Made by a program: the position numbers and the translations under genes
The notes under the pieces: generated by a model
The model's input: only the letters and a program-made list of their open reading frames with translations
Databases searched by the model: none
What the model was told of the DNA's origin: nothing
Assembly (NCBI GenBank): GCA_028875875.1
Contig: JAGWUV010000023.1
Span: forward strand, 1,984 to 65,983
From: Bacteroidota bacterium
GTDB lineage: Bacteria > Bacteroidota > Bacteroidia > Chitinophagales > Chitinophagaceae
DNA: 64,000 nt
Direction of reading: 5' to 3'
Shown here: one piece after another, positions 9,936 through 18,520 of the stretch
Numbering within the stretch: position 1 is the first letter of the stretch
Layout of the letters: each line of letters starts with the position of its first letter

Positions 9936-10373
9936 ATGAAAAAATTATTGCTAGCATTATTGGCTATTGTAATGATGTCAGGTACGGTTGTATTATCTCA
10001 GGATCAAGACAGAGATCGTTTACAGAAGCAACTTAGGATTCATCAGGAAGATCATTTGTACCTGAAAGATGGAAAATTATACCAGGTAAAGGCCGGTGTG
10101 CAAACCCAAATGCAGGAACAGTTTAAATTAAAGAACGGAACTGTAGTTAATCCGGATGGCTCTTACCAATTGCAAAACAGGGAGCGTTATCAAATGAGAG
10201 ATGGGGAATGTATGGATATGGATGGGAACAGGTATAGAAATCAAAACATGTATAACAGGAGAGTAAGGATGACAGATAAACAGCTGGAAAGAGAAAGAAC
10301 AAGAAGTAATAATCAAAACCAAAACAGGCAAGGCAACAGATCCGGTGGCGGGTATAGAGGCGGCCAGCAATAA
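9936..10373 (+). CDS. Small secreted protein with DG-turn repeats and a Q/N/R-rich tail
   Basis: I take the start at ATG 9936 (MKKLLLALLAIVMMSGTVVLSQ signal peptide). Repeated KDGK/NGT/PDGS/RDGE/MDGN turns resemble small secreted Bacteroidota proteins (DUF6799-like, from memory, weak). The C-terminus is NNQNQNRQGNRSGGGYRGGQQ. Confidence 0.55.
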   Translation: MKKLLLALLAIVMMSGTVVLSQDQDRDRLQKQLRIHQEDHLYLKDGKLYQVKAGVQTQMQEQFKLKNGTVVNPDGSYQLQNRERYQMRDGECMDMDGNRYRNQNMYNRRVRMTDKQLERERTRSNNQNQNRQGNRSGGGYRGGQQ

Positions 10374-10559
10374 AGTTGTAAAATAAAAACGGAACTATCC
10401 GTTCAGCACTGCAATACTTAATAACAAAATAAAAAATTTTGTGAAAAAAGTGTTGCAGTTTTCATTATTTAAAGCAGTGCTAATAAACGGATGTGCATTA
10501 TCTGGTACTAATTTGTAAGTTTACAAAGGCTTCATCGTCATCACCAGAAAATATACACC

Positions 10560-11015
10560 ATGAAAGTAAAATTTCTTTTGGCCGCAGTTGTAATCATTTC
10601 TTTTGTAGGTATTTCAGCTTTTGTTAACAGGCATGCTACGCCAGCTTCTACTGATTCTATAAACTTTATAGAACAAGACTGGCAGAAAGCTTTAACAGAG
10701 GCCAAGTCGAAAAATAAATTGGTTTTTGTAGATGTGTATGCAACATGGTGTGGCCCTTGTAGAATGTTGAAGCAAAAGACCTTTACTAATAAAAAAGTAG
10801 CCGACTTTTTTAATGCCAACTTTGTAAATGTTTCCGTTGATGCAGAGAAAGGAGTAGGTGTAGAGCTTTCTAATAAGTTTGGTGTTTCTGCTTATCCCAC
10901 ATTGTTGGTTACAGATGCCAGTGGCAAACCATTATTATATACAGTAGGTTATATGGAACCCGGAGAGTTATTGTCTTTTGCCAATGCAGCAATCAAAAAG
11001 AAAGGTAAATCTTAA
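10560..11015 (+). CDS. Exported thioredoxin-fold protein
   Basis: N-terminal signal/anchor and a WCGPC active site within a thioredoxin-like fold (VFVDVYATWCGPCRMLK). Confidence 0.85.
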   Translation: MKVKFLLAAVVIISFVGISAFVNRHATPASTDSINFIEQDWQKALTEAKSKNKLVFVDVYATWCGPCRMLKQKTFTNKKVADFFNANFVNVSVDAEKGVGVELSNKFGVSAYPTLLVTDASGKPLLYTVGYMEPGELLSFANAAIKKKGKS

Positions 11016-11425
11016 CTCTCTTTTGGTTCGGTGAATACTTCATGTATTTTCATTAACAACTGGTTTTCAGTAAATGGTTTGATGAGATAGCCATTCATGC
11101 CTGAGTCTATATATTTCTTCGCTTCACCAATTAAGCCATTAGCCGTTAAAGCGATGATAGGAATATTTTTTTTCGAAGTATCTTCCAGTTGTCGTATCTC
11201 TATGGTTGCAGCGATTCCATCTTTCTCAGGCATTTGAATATCCATCAAAACAAGATCAAACGGTTCTGATTGTATGTATGCTAAAACTTCATTACCATTT
11301 TGTGCCAGTTTCATTTCATTTCCCCATTTCCCTAAAATACTTTTTACAATCAACCTGTTAATGTCGTTGTCTTCGGCAACCAAAATTTTTAAATGTTGAT
11401 ATAAAGAAGAATCTAAATTTTTCAT
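11012..11425 (-). CDS. Stand-alone response-regulator receiver protein (CheY-like, no output domain)
   Basis: 137 aa with ILVAEDNDINR, the phospho-acceptor context DLVLMDIQMP, ALTAN and YLIKP. No effector domain. Confidence 0.9.
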   Translation of the reverse strand: MKNLDSSLYQHLKILVAEDNDINRLIVKSILGKWGNEMKLAQNGNEVLAYIQSEPFDLVLMDIQMPEKDGIAATIEIRQLEDTSKKNIPIIALTANGLIGEAKKYIDSGMNGYLIKPFTENQLLMKIHEVFTEPKES

Positions 11426-11480
11426 GGATAATTATTCTGAATGCTAAATTTAGTTACTTTCATTATTTCAGGGAGATTTA

Positions 11481-12683
11481 TTGTATGAAAGCCCGCTGTT
11501 TTATTTTTATTCAATGCTGTTAGTCGAAATTTTTTTCTGGGTATTATTACTCCTATTATGGTACGCTTATATTGGCTACGGTATGGTTATGATGTTGTAT
11601 CAGCGGCTAAGAAAGAAGCGTTATCACTTCAGTGTTGCTACTGATTCATTTCCCGTAACAATCATCATTCCGGCCTTTAACGAAGCTCAGGTGATTGAAG
11701 AAAAAATCAACAATGTATTTGCATTTGACTATCCTTCTCATTTAATGGAAGTTATGGTTGTAACGGATGGATCAACAGATAATACCCTCAACCTTCTAAA
11801 AAAATATCCTTCCGTTAAGGTGATCCACGATGGTAACAGGAAAGGAAAAGCAGCAGCTATTAATTCTGCCATGCGGGCAGTAACAACTCCCTTTGTTGTA
11901 ATAACCGATGCAAATACCATGGCCGATGCACAGGCATTGCATTACATGATGCGCCATTTTATAAATGCTGAAGTAGGTGCTGTTGCAAGTGAGAAGAAAA
12001 TTGTAATGAAGCAAAATGATTCCGGTATTGCTGCAACAGGTGAAAGCCTTTACTGGCAATACGAATCTTTCATGAAGAAAACTGAAAGTGAGGTAAACAG
12101 TACCATCGCCGTTGCAGGAGAATTATTTTCCATGCGTACAAGTTTGTTCAATTCTTTGGATGAGCAGATCATATTGGATGATTTTTTTATTTCGGTGAAT
12201 ATCCTACGCCAGGGATTCAGGGTCATCTATGAACCTGAGGCGCTGGCAGTTGAAAAAGCTTCTGTTTCATTGGCGGAAGAAGCAAAACGAAAAATCCGTA
12301 TCGGTGCAGGTGCAGCGCAGGCTTTACAATATCTTGGATGCTTTCCGTATCGATCATTATTCCTGAATATGCAGTATGTTGCCAGGCGTGTTATTCGTTG
12401 GATAATTGGGCCCATAGCTTTACCGCTTCTTTTATGGCTAAACAGTGTTTTGGTAATGCGGCCTTTCCATTCATCATTTTACCTGTACATATTTGCCTTG
12501 CAGCTTTTCTTTTACTGGTTAGCGGTGGCAGGCTTTTTTCTAAATCGTTTGCATGGTATACCGCGGATATTAATAGCCCCTTTCTATTTCCTCTTTATGA
12601 ATGCTTGTATGTTTATCGGGTTTATCCGTTATTTCAGGGGAATGCAACCTGTACTATGGGAAAAATCACTTCGGGAGCTGTAA
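11481..12683 (+). CDS. Membrane-embedded family-2 glycosyltransferase (COG1215-like synthase)
   Basis: N-terminal TM, a GT2 core (IIIPAFNE, VVTDGSTDNT, ITDANT, GELFSMR, LDDFFIS) and a C-terminal bundle of about 4 TM. The track start is TTG 11481; ATG 11514 is an alternative start. Confidence 0.8.
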   Translation: MYESPLFYFYSMLLVEIFFWVLLLLLWYAYIGYGMVMMLYQRLRKKRYHFSVATDSFPVTIIIPAFNEAQVIEEKINNVFAFDYPSHLMEVMVVTDGSTDNTLNLLKKYPSVKVIHDGNRKGKAAAINSAMRAVTTPFVVITDANTMADAQALHYMMRHFINAEVGAVASEKKIVMKQNDSGIAATGESLYWQYESFMKKTESEVNSTIAVAGELFSMRTSLFNSLDEQIILDDFFISVNILRQGFRVIYEPEALAVEKASVSLAEEAKRKIRIGAGAAQALQYLGCFPYRSLFLNMQYVARRVIRWIIGPIALPLLLWLNSVLVMRPFHSSFYLYIFALQLFFYWLAVAGFFLNRLHGIPRILIAPFYFLFMNACMFIGFIRYFRGMQPVLWEKSLREL

Positions 12684-12739
12684 CCGCTTATAAAAAAATG
12701 GCCTTGCCATTGGCTTCAATTCAGTTATTTTTGTTTACT

Positions 12740-13030
12740 ATGGAAGTGAATGATCAATTGATAGAAAACCTTGCACATCTTTCCAGGTTACGTTTCCCGG
12801 CAGAAGAGAAAAAATCATTACAGGAAGATCTCCAGAAAATGATCGCTTTTGTAGAGCAGTTGCAGGAAGTGGATACAACAGGTGTAGAACCCTTATTGCA
12901 CATGAGTGATAACGTAAATGTTTTGAGAGAAGATGAATTAAAAGGAAGCTGTAGCAGACAGGAGGCTTTGCAAAATGCACCATCTCATGATGAGGTATTC
13001 TTCAAAGTACCTAAAGTAATAAGGAAGTAA
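12740..13030 (+). CDS. gatC: Asp-tRNA(Asn)/Glu-tRNA(Gln) amidotransferase subunit C
   Basis: 96 aa from ATG 12740: MEVNDQLIENLAHLSRLRFPAEEKKSLQEDLQKMIAFVEQLQEVDTTGVEPL, a typical GatC. The 230-aa track ORF from 12338 overlaps the GT2 gene and is an upstream read-on. Confidence 0.9.
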   Translation: MEVNDQLIENLAHLSRLRFPAEEKKSLQEDLQKMIAFVEQLQEVDTTGVEPLLHMSDNVNVLREDELKGSCSRQEALQNAPSHDEVFFKVPKVIRK

Positions 13031-13055
13031 ACAATTACCGCTTAACCGATAGCGT

Positions 13056-13766
13056 ATGGAACAACCGATCATCAGTTTGCAAAATATTCAGAAAAGTTAT
13101 TTCATGGGTTCGCAGGCTATACCTGTACTGAAAGGCATTTCGCTGGATATTATGAAAAATGAATACGTAGCCCTGATGGGACCTTCGGGCAGCGGTAAAA
13201 GTACGCTCATGAATATTTTGGGTTGCCTCGATTCGCCTACCGGTGGAGCTTACATCCTTAATGGTAAAGATGTAAGTAAAATGCCTGATGATGATTTAGC
13301 AGAAGTTCGAAATACTGAAATAGGCTTCGTTTTTCAACAGTTCAACTTATTGCCGCGTTTAACAGCCGCTGAAAATGTGGCTTTGCCACTTATCTATGCC
13401 GGTGTAAGTAAAAAAGAACGCATAGAACGTGCAATGGAAGCTTTGAAAAAAGTGGGACTGGCGGAAAGAAGTCATCACAAATCAAATGAACTGAGTGGTG
13501 GACAGATTCAGCGTGTGGCAATAGCGAGAGCATTAGTAAATAATCCTTCTCTCTTACTGGCTGATGAGCCTACTGGGAACCTCGATTCTAAAACCTCTGT
13601 AGAGGTAATGGAGATATTTGGCAAAATACAGGAAGCGGGTAATACGGTAGTTTTAGTTACCCATGAAGAAGATATAGCTTCCTATGCTAAACGTGTTGTA
13701 CGGCTAAGAGATGGTGTTATTGAATCAGATAAGCTGAAAGAAGAATCATTCATGCATATGCACTAA
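13056..13766 (+). CDS. ABC transporter ATP-binding protein (MacB/LolD/FtsE-like, COG1136)
   Basis: Walker [10 protein letters not shown], signature LSGGQIQRV and Walker B LLLADEPT. No permease gene is adjacent. Confidence 0.9.
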   Translation: MEQPIISLQNIQKSYFMGSQAIPVLKGISLDIMKNEYVALMGPSGSGKSTLMNILGCLDSPTGGAYILNGKDVSKMPDDDLAEVRNTEIGFVFQQFNLLPRLTAAENVALPLIYAGVSKKERIERAMEALKKVGLAERSHHKSNELSGGQIQRVAIARALVNNPSLLLADEPTGNLDSKTSVEVMEIFGKIQEAGNTVVLVTHEEDIASYAKRVVRLRDGVIESDKLKEESFMHMH

Positions 13767-13795
13767 ATAAGATTTAATACTGTAAACAAATTGTG

Positions 13796-13820
13796 GAGAG
13801 TGAATAACTCTCTTTTTTTT
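13796..13820 (+). terminator. Intrinsic terminator
   Basis: GAGAGT-gaata-ACTCTC followed by a run of 8 T. Confidence 0.6.
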
Positions 13821-13873
13821 ATTTCTGAACCATACGGGTCTACATTTGTTTTACCATTTGTAACCCGGTATTC

Positions 13874-14434
13874 ATGGCACTAAAAATATATACTAAAACA
13901 GGCGATCTCGGCAAAACAAGCTTAATCGGTGGAACAAAAGTTCCTAAAAGCCATATCCGTATCGAAAGTTATGGAACAGTGGATGAATTGAATTCTTTCA
14001 TTGGCCTACTCAACGATCATCTTACACATGCACATACAAAAAACGTTTTAAAAGAAGTGCAGGACAGGCTTTTTACAATTGGTTCTTCATTGGCTTGTGA
14101 TCCTGATAAGGAACCATCTATGAAAATTCCGGATCTGAAAGAAACGGATATAACATTACTGGAAAAGGAGATCGATAACATGAATGATGAATTGCCGGTG
14201 ATGAAGCATTTTATTCTTCCCGGCGGGCATCCTGCTGTTTCAACTGCTCATATAGCACGTTGTGTTTGCAGAAGAGCAGAACGCAATTGTGTGAATATGA
14301 AAGAAAATGATTTGTTCGTCGATCCGCTGGTTATAAAATATCTCAACCGTTTGAGCGATTATCTTTTTGTGGTAGCCCGCTACATCGGGCACTTATCAAA
14401 AGTTGCTGAAATTCCCTGGAAACCACGTACCTGA
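13874..14434 (+). CDS. pduO: PduO-type ATP:cob(I)alamin adenosyltransferase
   Basis: 186 aa with N-terminal IYTKTGDLGKTSLIGG and the helical-bundle core of the PduO/MMAB family. Confidence 0.9.
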   Translation: MALKIYTKTGDLGKTSLIGGTKVPKSHIRIESYGTVDELNSFIGLLNDHLTHAHTKNVLKEVQDRLFTIGSSLACDPDKEPSMKIPDLKETDITLLEKEIDNMNDELPVMKHFILPGGHPAVSTAHIARCVCRRAERNCVNMKENDLFVDPLVIKYLNRLSDYLFVVARYIGHLSKVAEIPWKPRT

Positions 14435-14438
14435 TTTT

Positions 14439-15089
14439 TTATATGATCAGCCCATCTTTCATATGAAGCACACGGTCGCTCATATTCGCTAACTCCTCAT
14501 TGTGGGTTACAATTAAAAAGGTTTGATTGAAATCCTTTCTCAATTGCAGGAAGAGGTCATGTAATTCCCTTGCATGCGTACTATCTAAATTACCGGTGGG
14601 CTCATCAGCAAAAACTATTGAAGGTCTGTTGATCAAAGCCCTGGCAACAGCTACCCGTTGTTGTTCCCCGCCACTTAATTGCTGCGGTTTATTGTGTATG
14701 CGGTGCCCCAGGCCCAAACTGTTCAAGAGTGCAGCAGCCTCTTCTTCCACCTCCTTTTTTTTTCTACCGGCGATCCATCCCGGAATACAGGTATTTTCCA
14801 AAGCCGTAAATTCCGGTAGTAAATGGTGAAACTGGAATACAAAACCTATTTCCTTATTTCTGAAAGCTGCGAGTTTCTTTCCACTTAACTCATGCATGGC
14901 TTTACCATTGAGGTATATTTTTCCTTTATCTGCCGTATCCAGGGTACCGAGAATATGCAAAAGTGTACTCTTCCCAGCACCGGAAGAACCTACAATTGAC
15001 ACGATCTCCCCGGTATTAACCATTAGGCTAACCCCTTTTAAAACTTCAACATCCCCGTATTTCTTATGAATATTTTCGGCTTGGAGCAT
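14439..15089 (-). CDS. ABC transporter ATP-binding protein, LolD-like (COG1136)
   Basis: Walker [10 protein letters not shown], signature LSGGEQQRV and Walker B VFADEPT. No permease gene is adjacent. Confidence 0.85.
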   Translation of the reverse strand: MLQAENIHKKYGDVEVLKGVSLMVNTGEIVSIVGSSGAGKSTLLHILGTLDTADKGKIYLNGKAMHELSGKKLAAFRNKEIGFVFQFHHLLPEFTALENTCIPGWIAGRKKKEVEEEAAALLNSLGLGHRIHNKPQQLSGGEQQRVAVARALINRPSIVFADEPTGNLDSTHARELHDLFLQLRKDFNQTFLIVTHNEELANMSDRVLHMKDGLII

Positions 15090-15181
15090 AATAACAGCAT
15101 AACGTTACTGTAAACATACAACAGGCAAACATAAGGCCTGCCTTTTTTAAAATTTATTTACACATCATTTACAAAAGCGCA

Positions 15182-15212
15182 TTTGGTAATTTCATTTATA
15201 CGGTTACATTTG
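15182..15212 (+). promoter_or_regulatory. Bacteroidota sigma-A type promoter (-33 TTTG, -7 TAnnTTTG)
   Basis: TTTG (15182-15185), a 19-nt spacer, then TACATTTG (15205-15212), placed 17 nt before ATG 15229. This is an exact match to the published consensus boxes. Confidence 0.5.
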
Positions 15213-15228
15213 CAAAAAATTTAAAGGT

Positions 15229-15450
15229 ATGTTCTGGACATTAGAGTTAGCTAGCTACCTGGAAGAAGCTCCCTGGCCCGCAACAAAAGACGAATTGATC
15301 GATTATTCTATTCGTAGTGGCGCACCCATCGAAGTGGTGGAGAACCTGCAGGAACTGGAAGATGAGGGTGAAGTGTATGAGAGCATTGAAGATATCTGGC
15401 CTGATTATCCTAGTCAGGAAGACTTCATGTTCAATGAAGACGAATACTAA
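15229..15450 (+). CDS. Small acidic DUF2795-family protein
   Basis: 73 aa. WPATKDELIDYSIRSGAPIEVVENLQEL matches my memory of the DUF2795 core. Very acidic C-terminus. Confidence 0.7.
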   Translation: MFWTLELASYLEEAPWPATKDELIDYSIRSGAPIEVVENLQELEDEGEVYESIEDIWPDYPSQEDFMFNEDEY

Positions 15451-15480
15451 ACCGATTGAACACTCAAAGAAACGAATACA

Positions 15481-15509
15481 AGTCCTGCATATTAGTGCAG
15501 GACTTTTTT
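15481..15509 (+). terminator. Intrinsic terminator
   Basis: AGTCCTGCA-tattag-TGCAGGACT forms a 9-bp stem followed by TTTTTT. Confidence 0.8.
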
Positions 15510-15529
15510 ATGCTCAAAACTGAAGTAAC

Positions 15530-15817
15530 CTATTCTCCTTTTTTGAAAGTAAGTTTGAAATAGAACAATAGCAGCGATAAAATAAGAACAATCGTATTAG
15601 CTGAAATAACCGGCCCGCTGGTAATCGCAAAGCCATATACTAACCACACTATTGTACTGCTAATCACAATTAAGATCATCCAGGTACTCAGGTCTCCTAC
15701 ACTTTTGCTTTGCCAGCTTTTATATACTTGCGGGATAAAGGTGATGGAAGTAAGAAATGAACCGATATAACCAACCAGGTCTATCATATTGGATGGGATC
15801 ATTGACAGCAGGTTCAT
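15530..15817 (-). CDS. SemiSWEET / PQ-loop family membrane protein
   Basis: About 95 aa from ATG 15817 with three TM segments and the PQ motif (FIPQVYKSWQSKS). The track start 15889 would overlap the fabI stop by 8 nt. Start uncertain. Confidence 0.6.
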   Translation of the reverse strand: MNLLSMIPSNMIDLVGYIGSFLTSITFIPQVYKSWQSKSVGDLSTWMILIVISSTIVWLVYGFAITSGPVISANTIVLILSLLLFYFKLTFKKGE

Positions 15818-15881
15818 CTTGTTGAAATTTAAAGAGTGAACCACTCTTAGGAGAATGGCTCCACTCTTTACGTAATTAATT

Positions 15882-16697
15882 TTATTCAACTCCCAGTTGC
15901 TTCATTACCTCGTTGCTTACGCCGGTAGTGCTATACCCCCCATCGTGGAAGAGGTTCTGCATGGTTACCATCTTAGTGAGGTCTGAGAATAAACTGATGC
16001 AATAATTAGCACAATCTTCTGCACTGGCATTACCTAAAGGAGCAATCGCATCGGCATAATCATAGAAATCACCAAAGCCTTTAATACCGGTACCCGCAGT
16101 GGTTTTAGTAGGTGATTGAGAAACGGTATTGATACGTACTTTCTTCTTAATGCCGTAATGGTAGCCAAAACTCCGTGCAATACTTTCCAGCATTGCTTTA
16201 ATATCGGCCATATCTGTATAAAAAGGATAGGTACGTTGTGCGGCTGCATACGTTAAGGCTACAACACTACCCCAATCATTAATCGCATCCAACTTCATGG
16301 CAACGGCCAGCATTTTATGAAGACTTAATGCGGATACATCTATACCCTTCTGGAAAAAATCGTAGTTCAGTTCTGTATAAGGGATATTCTTACGTATGTT
16401 AACACTCATACCGATAGAGTGTAATACAAAATCTATCTTACCACCCAATACTTCCTGTGATTGGGTAAAAAGTGTAGTTAACTCTTCTACACTCGTAGCA
16501 TCTGCAGGAATAATTTCGGAGCCTGTTTTTTCTGCCAGTTTTTTAATCTCACCCATACGCATGGCAATAGGTGCATTGGTTAAGACAAAAGTGGCTCCTT
16601 CTTCGTGTGCTTTTTCAGCTACTTTCCATGCAATTGAATTCTCATCTAAAGCACCGGTGATGATACCACGCTTTCCTTTTAGTAGGTTGTATGCCAT
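15882..16697 (-). CDS. fabI: Enoyl-ACP reductase FabI (SDR family)
   Basis: 271 aa with LKGKRGIITGALDENSIAW at the N-terminus, typical of FabI. Confidence 0.9.
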   Translation of the reverse strand: MAYNLLKGKRGIITGALDENSIAWKVAEKAHEEGATFVLTNAPIAMRMGEIKKLAEKTGSEIIPADATSVEELTTLFTQSQEVLGGKIDFVLHSIGMSVNIRKNIPYTELNYDFFQKGIDVSALSLHKMLAVAMKLDAINDWGSVVALTYAAAQRTYPFYTDMADIKAMLESIARSFGYHYGIKKKVRINTVSQSPTKTTAGTGIKGFGDFYDYADAIAPLGNASAEDCANYCISLFSDLTKMVTMQNLFHDGGYSTTGVSNEVMKQLGVE

Positions 16698-16773
16698 GTT
16701 GATATTTTGAGGTTATAGTTTAAAGTGACAAAAATAAAAGAATATCTTATCCATCCTTCAATTTGAGAATGAG

Positions 16774-18432
16774 CTATTGCATTACCATTTCTCTTGCGTT
16801 TTCCAATGCGGCGGCTGTCGGCTTTTCCCCACTCAGCATTTGTGCAATGGCCGTGATCCTCTCTTCCTGCGAAAGAATACGAATGTTGGTATGAATGGCA
16901 TTGCCTTTACTTTCCTTATACACAAAAAAATGCTGGTGTGCTTTTCCTGCGATCTGCGGTTGGTGTGTGATGCAAATGATCTGCCTTTTGGCTGCCATAT
17001 TTTTCATAATAAGACCCACCTGTTTAGCCGCTTCACCACTGATACCGGTATCAATCTCATCAAAGATCAGTGTGGGCAGATCGATGGATTGTGCAACTAA
17101 TGATTTGATGCAGAGCATTAAGCGGCTCAATTCGCCACCACTGGCCACTTTTCGGATAGGTTCGAAGCGATTGCTTTTATTGGCATCGAATAAAAATTCG
17201 ATCTCATCTTTTCCCCATTCATTCAGTTGCTCCTTCACAGTGATCTGCACTTTTAATCTTGCATTCGGCATACCTACCTGGTGTAATAGTTGGTTTACTT
17301 TCTCTTCCAATACCGGAGTTTCTTTCAGCCTGGCTTGTGAAATACGTTCCGCAATTTTATTGGCTTCTTTCAAAAGGTTATTGCATTCTTTTTCCTTAGC
17401 TAAAATGGTATCATCAACCTGCAAAACGGCTTGTAGTTTTTGTTCCAAATCCTGTTGAATTTGCAGGAGTTCGTTTGTGGTATGAACGTTGTGTTTCTTC
17501 AATAATTTATAACCGTTGGCCAATCGCTCATTGATAAATTCAATACGTTCCGCATCGAAATGAATGGAATCATTAATGCTGTCTAATTCACCGGCAATAT
17601 CCTGTAATTCTATCTGGGCAGACTGTAGTCGTTCTATCACTGCCGGAAGCTGTGCATGATAGCTTGCATATGCGTTAAGTTGTTGTATAAATTGTTTGAT
17701 GGATTGAACCAGCGGCTGCTCGCTTTCCTTCAATTCAAAATGTACTTTAGAGAGTGCAGATTTGATGCCTTCGCTATTGGTTAAAAGCTTGAGTTCCTGC
17801 TCAAGATCTTCCAGTTCATTTGAAGAGAAATTTAGTTCATTTAATTCATCGAAAAGGAATTGATGATAATCTAACTCTTTATTGAAATCGGCCTTCTTTT
17901 TTTGTAATTCATTTAGTGCTTTGGAAGCTTGTATCCATTGCCTGTATTGGGTTTGATAGGATGCTAAAGATGATTGGCTGGCTGCCAGTGCGTCCACTAC
18001 TTCTCTTTGAAAATCGCTGTCACCTAACTCAAGTGTATCAAACTGCTGGTGAAGATCAACCAGTAAAGAAGCCAAGACTTTCAGTTGCTGCAGGGTGGCA
18101 GGGCTGTCGTTAATAAATGCCCTCGATTTTCCATTGGCATTGATCTCCCGTCTTAATACCAATTCCTCTTCTTCATCCCAGTCATTCGCTTTTAAAAATT
18201 CTTTTACAGCCTGTTTATCTTCAACCGTAAAAAAACCTTCAATAAAACATTTTTTTTCCGTGTTCAATAATACGCCGGAATCAGCCCTTTCACCCAGTAT
18301 CAGGTTCAGGGCGCCCATCACAATACTTTTACCGGCCCCTGTTTCCCCGGTGATGATATTGAGTTTAGAAGAGAAGTAAATCTCTATCTCATCAATGATG
18401 GCGTAGTTCTGTATATGAAGCTTTGTAAGCAT
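16774..18432 (-). CDS. recN: DNA repair protein RecN
   Basis: 552 aa with Walker A GETGAGKS, a long coiled coil, the SMC-type signature ASGGELSR and FDEIDTGISG. Confidence 0.95.
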   Translation of the reverse strand: MLTKLHIQNYAIIDEIEIYFSSKLNIITGETGAGKSIVMGALNLILGERADSGVLLNTEKKCFIEGFFTVEDKQAVKEFLKANDWDEEEELVLRREINANGKSRAFINDSPATLQQLKVLASLLVDLHQQFDTLELGDSDFQREVVDALAASQSSLASYQTQYRQWIQASKALNELQKKKADFNKELDYHQFLFDELNELNFSSNELEDLEQELKLLTNSEGIKSALSKVHFELKESEQPLVQSIKQFIQQLNAYASYHAQLPAVIERLQSAQIELQDIAGELDSINDSIHFDAERIEFINERLANGYKLLKKHNVHTTNELLQIQQDLEQKLQAVLQVDDTILAKEKECNNLLKEANKIAERISQARLKETPVLEEKVNQLLHQVGMPNARLKVQITVKEQLNEWGKDEIEFLFDANKSNRFEPIRKVASGGELSRLMLCIKSLVAQSIDLPTLIFDEIDTGISGEAAKQVGLIMKNMAAKRQIICITHQPQIAGKAHQHFFVYKESKGNAIHTNIRILSQEERITAIAQMLSGEKPTAAALENAREMVMQ

Positions 18433-18520
18433 TGCGGGTGTATGATTGCAGCTTGCAAATTAAGCAAGACAAACTTGTATCTGCAATGTAATCGCTAATT
18501 AAAATTATTCTCCTTTAAAA

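Noticed and set aside
12338-12739. 230-aa track ORF suggesting a long protein that ends in GatC
   Set aside because: Its first 134 codons overlap the GT2 gene out of frame and have odd composition. GatC-like sequence starts exactly at ATG 12740 and gives the normal ~96-aa length.
16895-17458. Long antisense ORFs inside well-supported genes (for example 16895..17458, 20398..20850, 41546..42046, 52032..52598, 38985..39350)
   Set aside because: Each lies fully within a confidently recognised gene on the other strand. Each has Ser/Leu/Phe-rich low-complexity translation and no recognisable motifs or signals.
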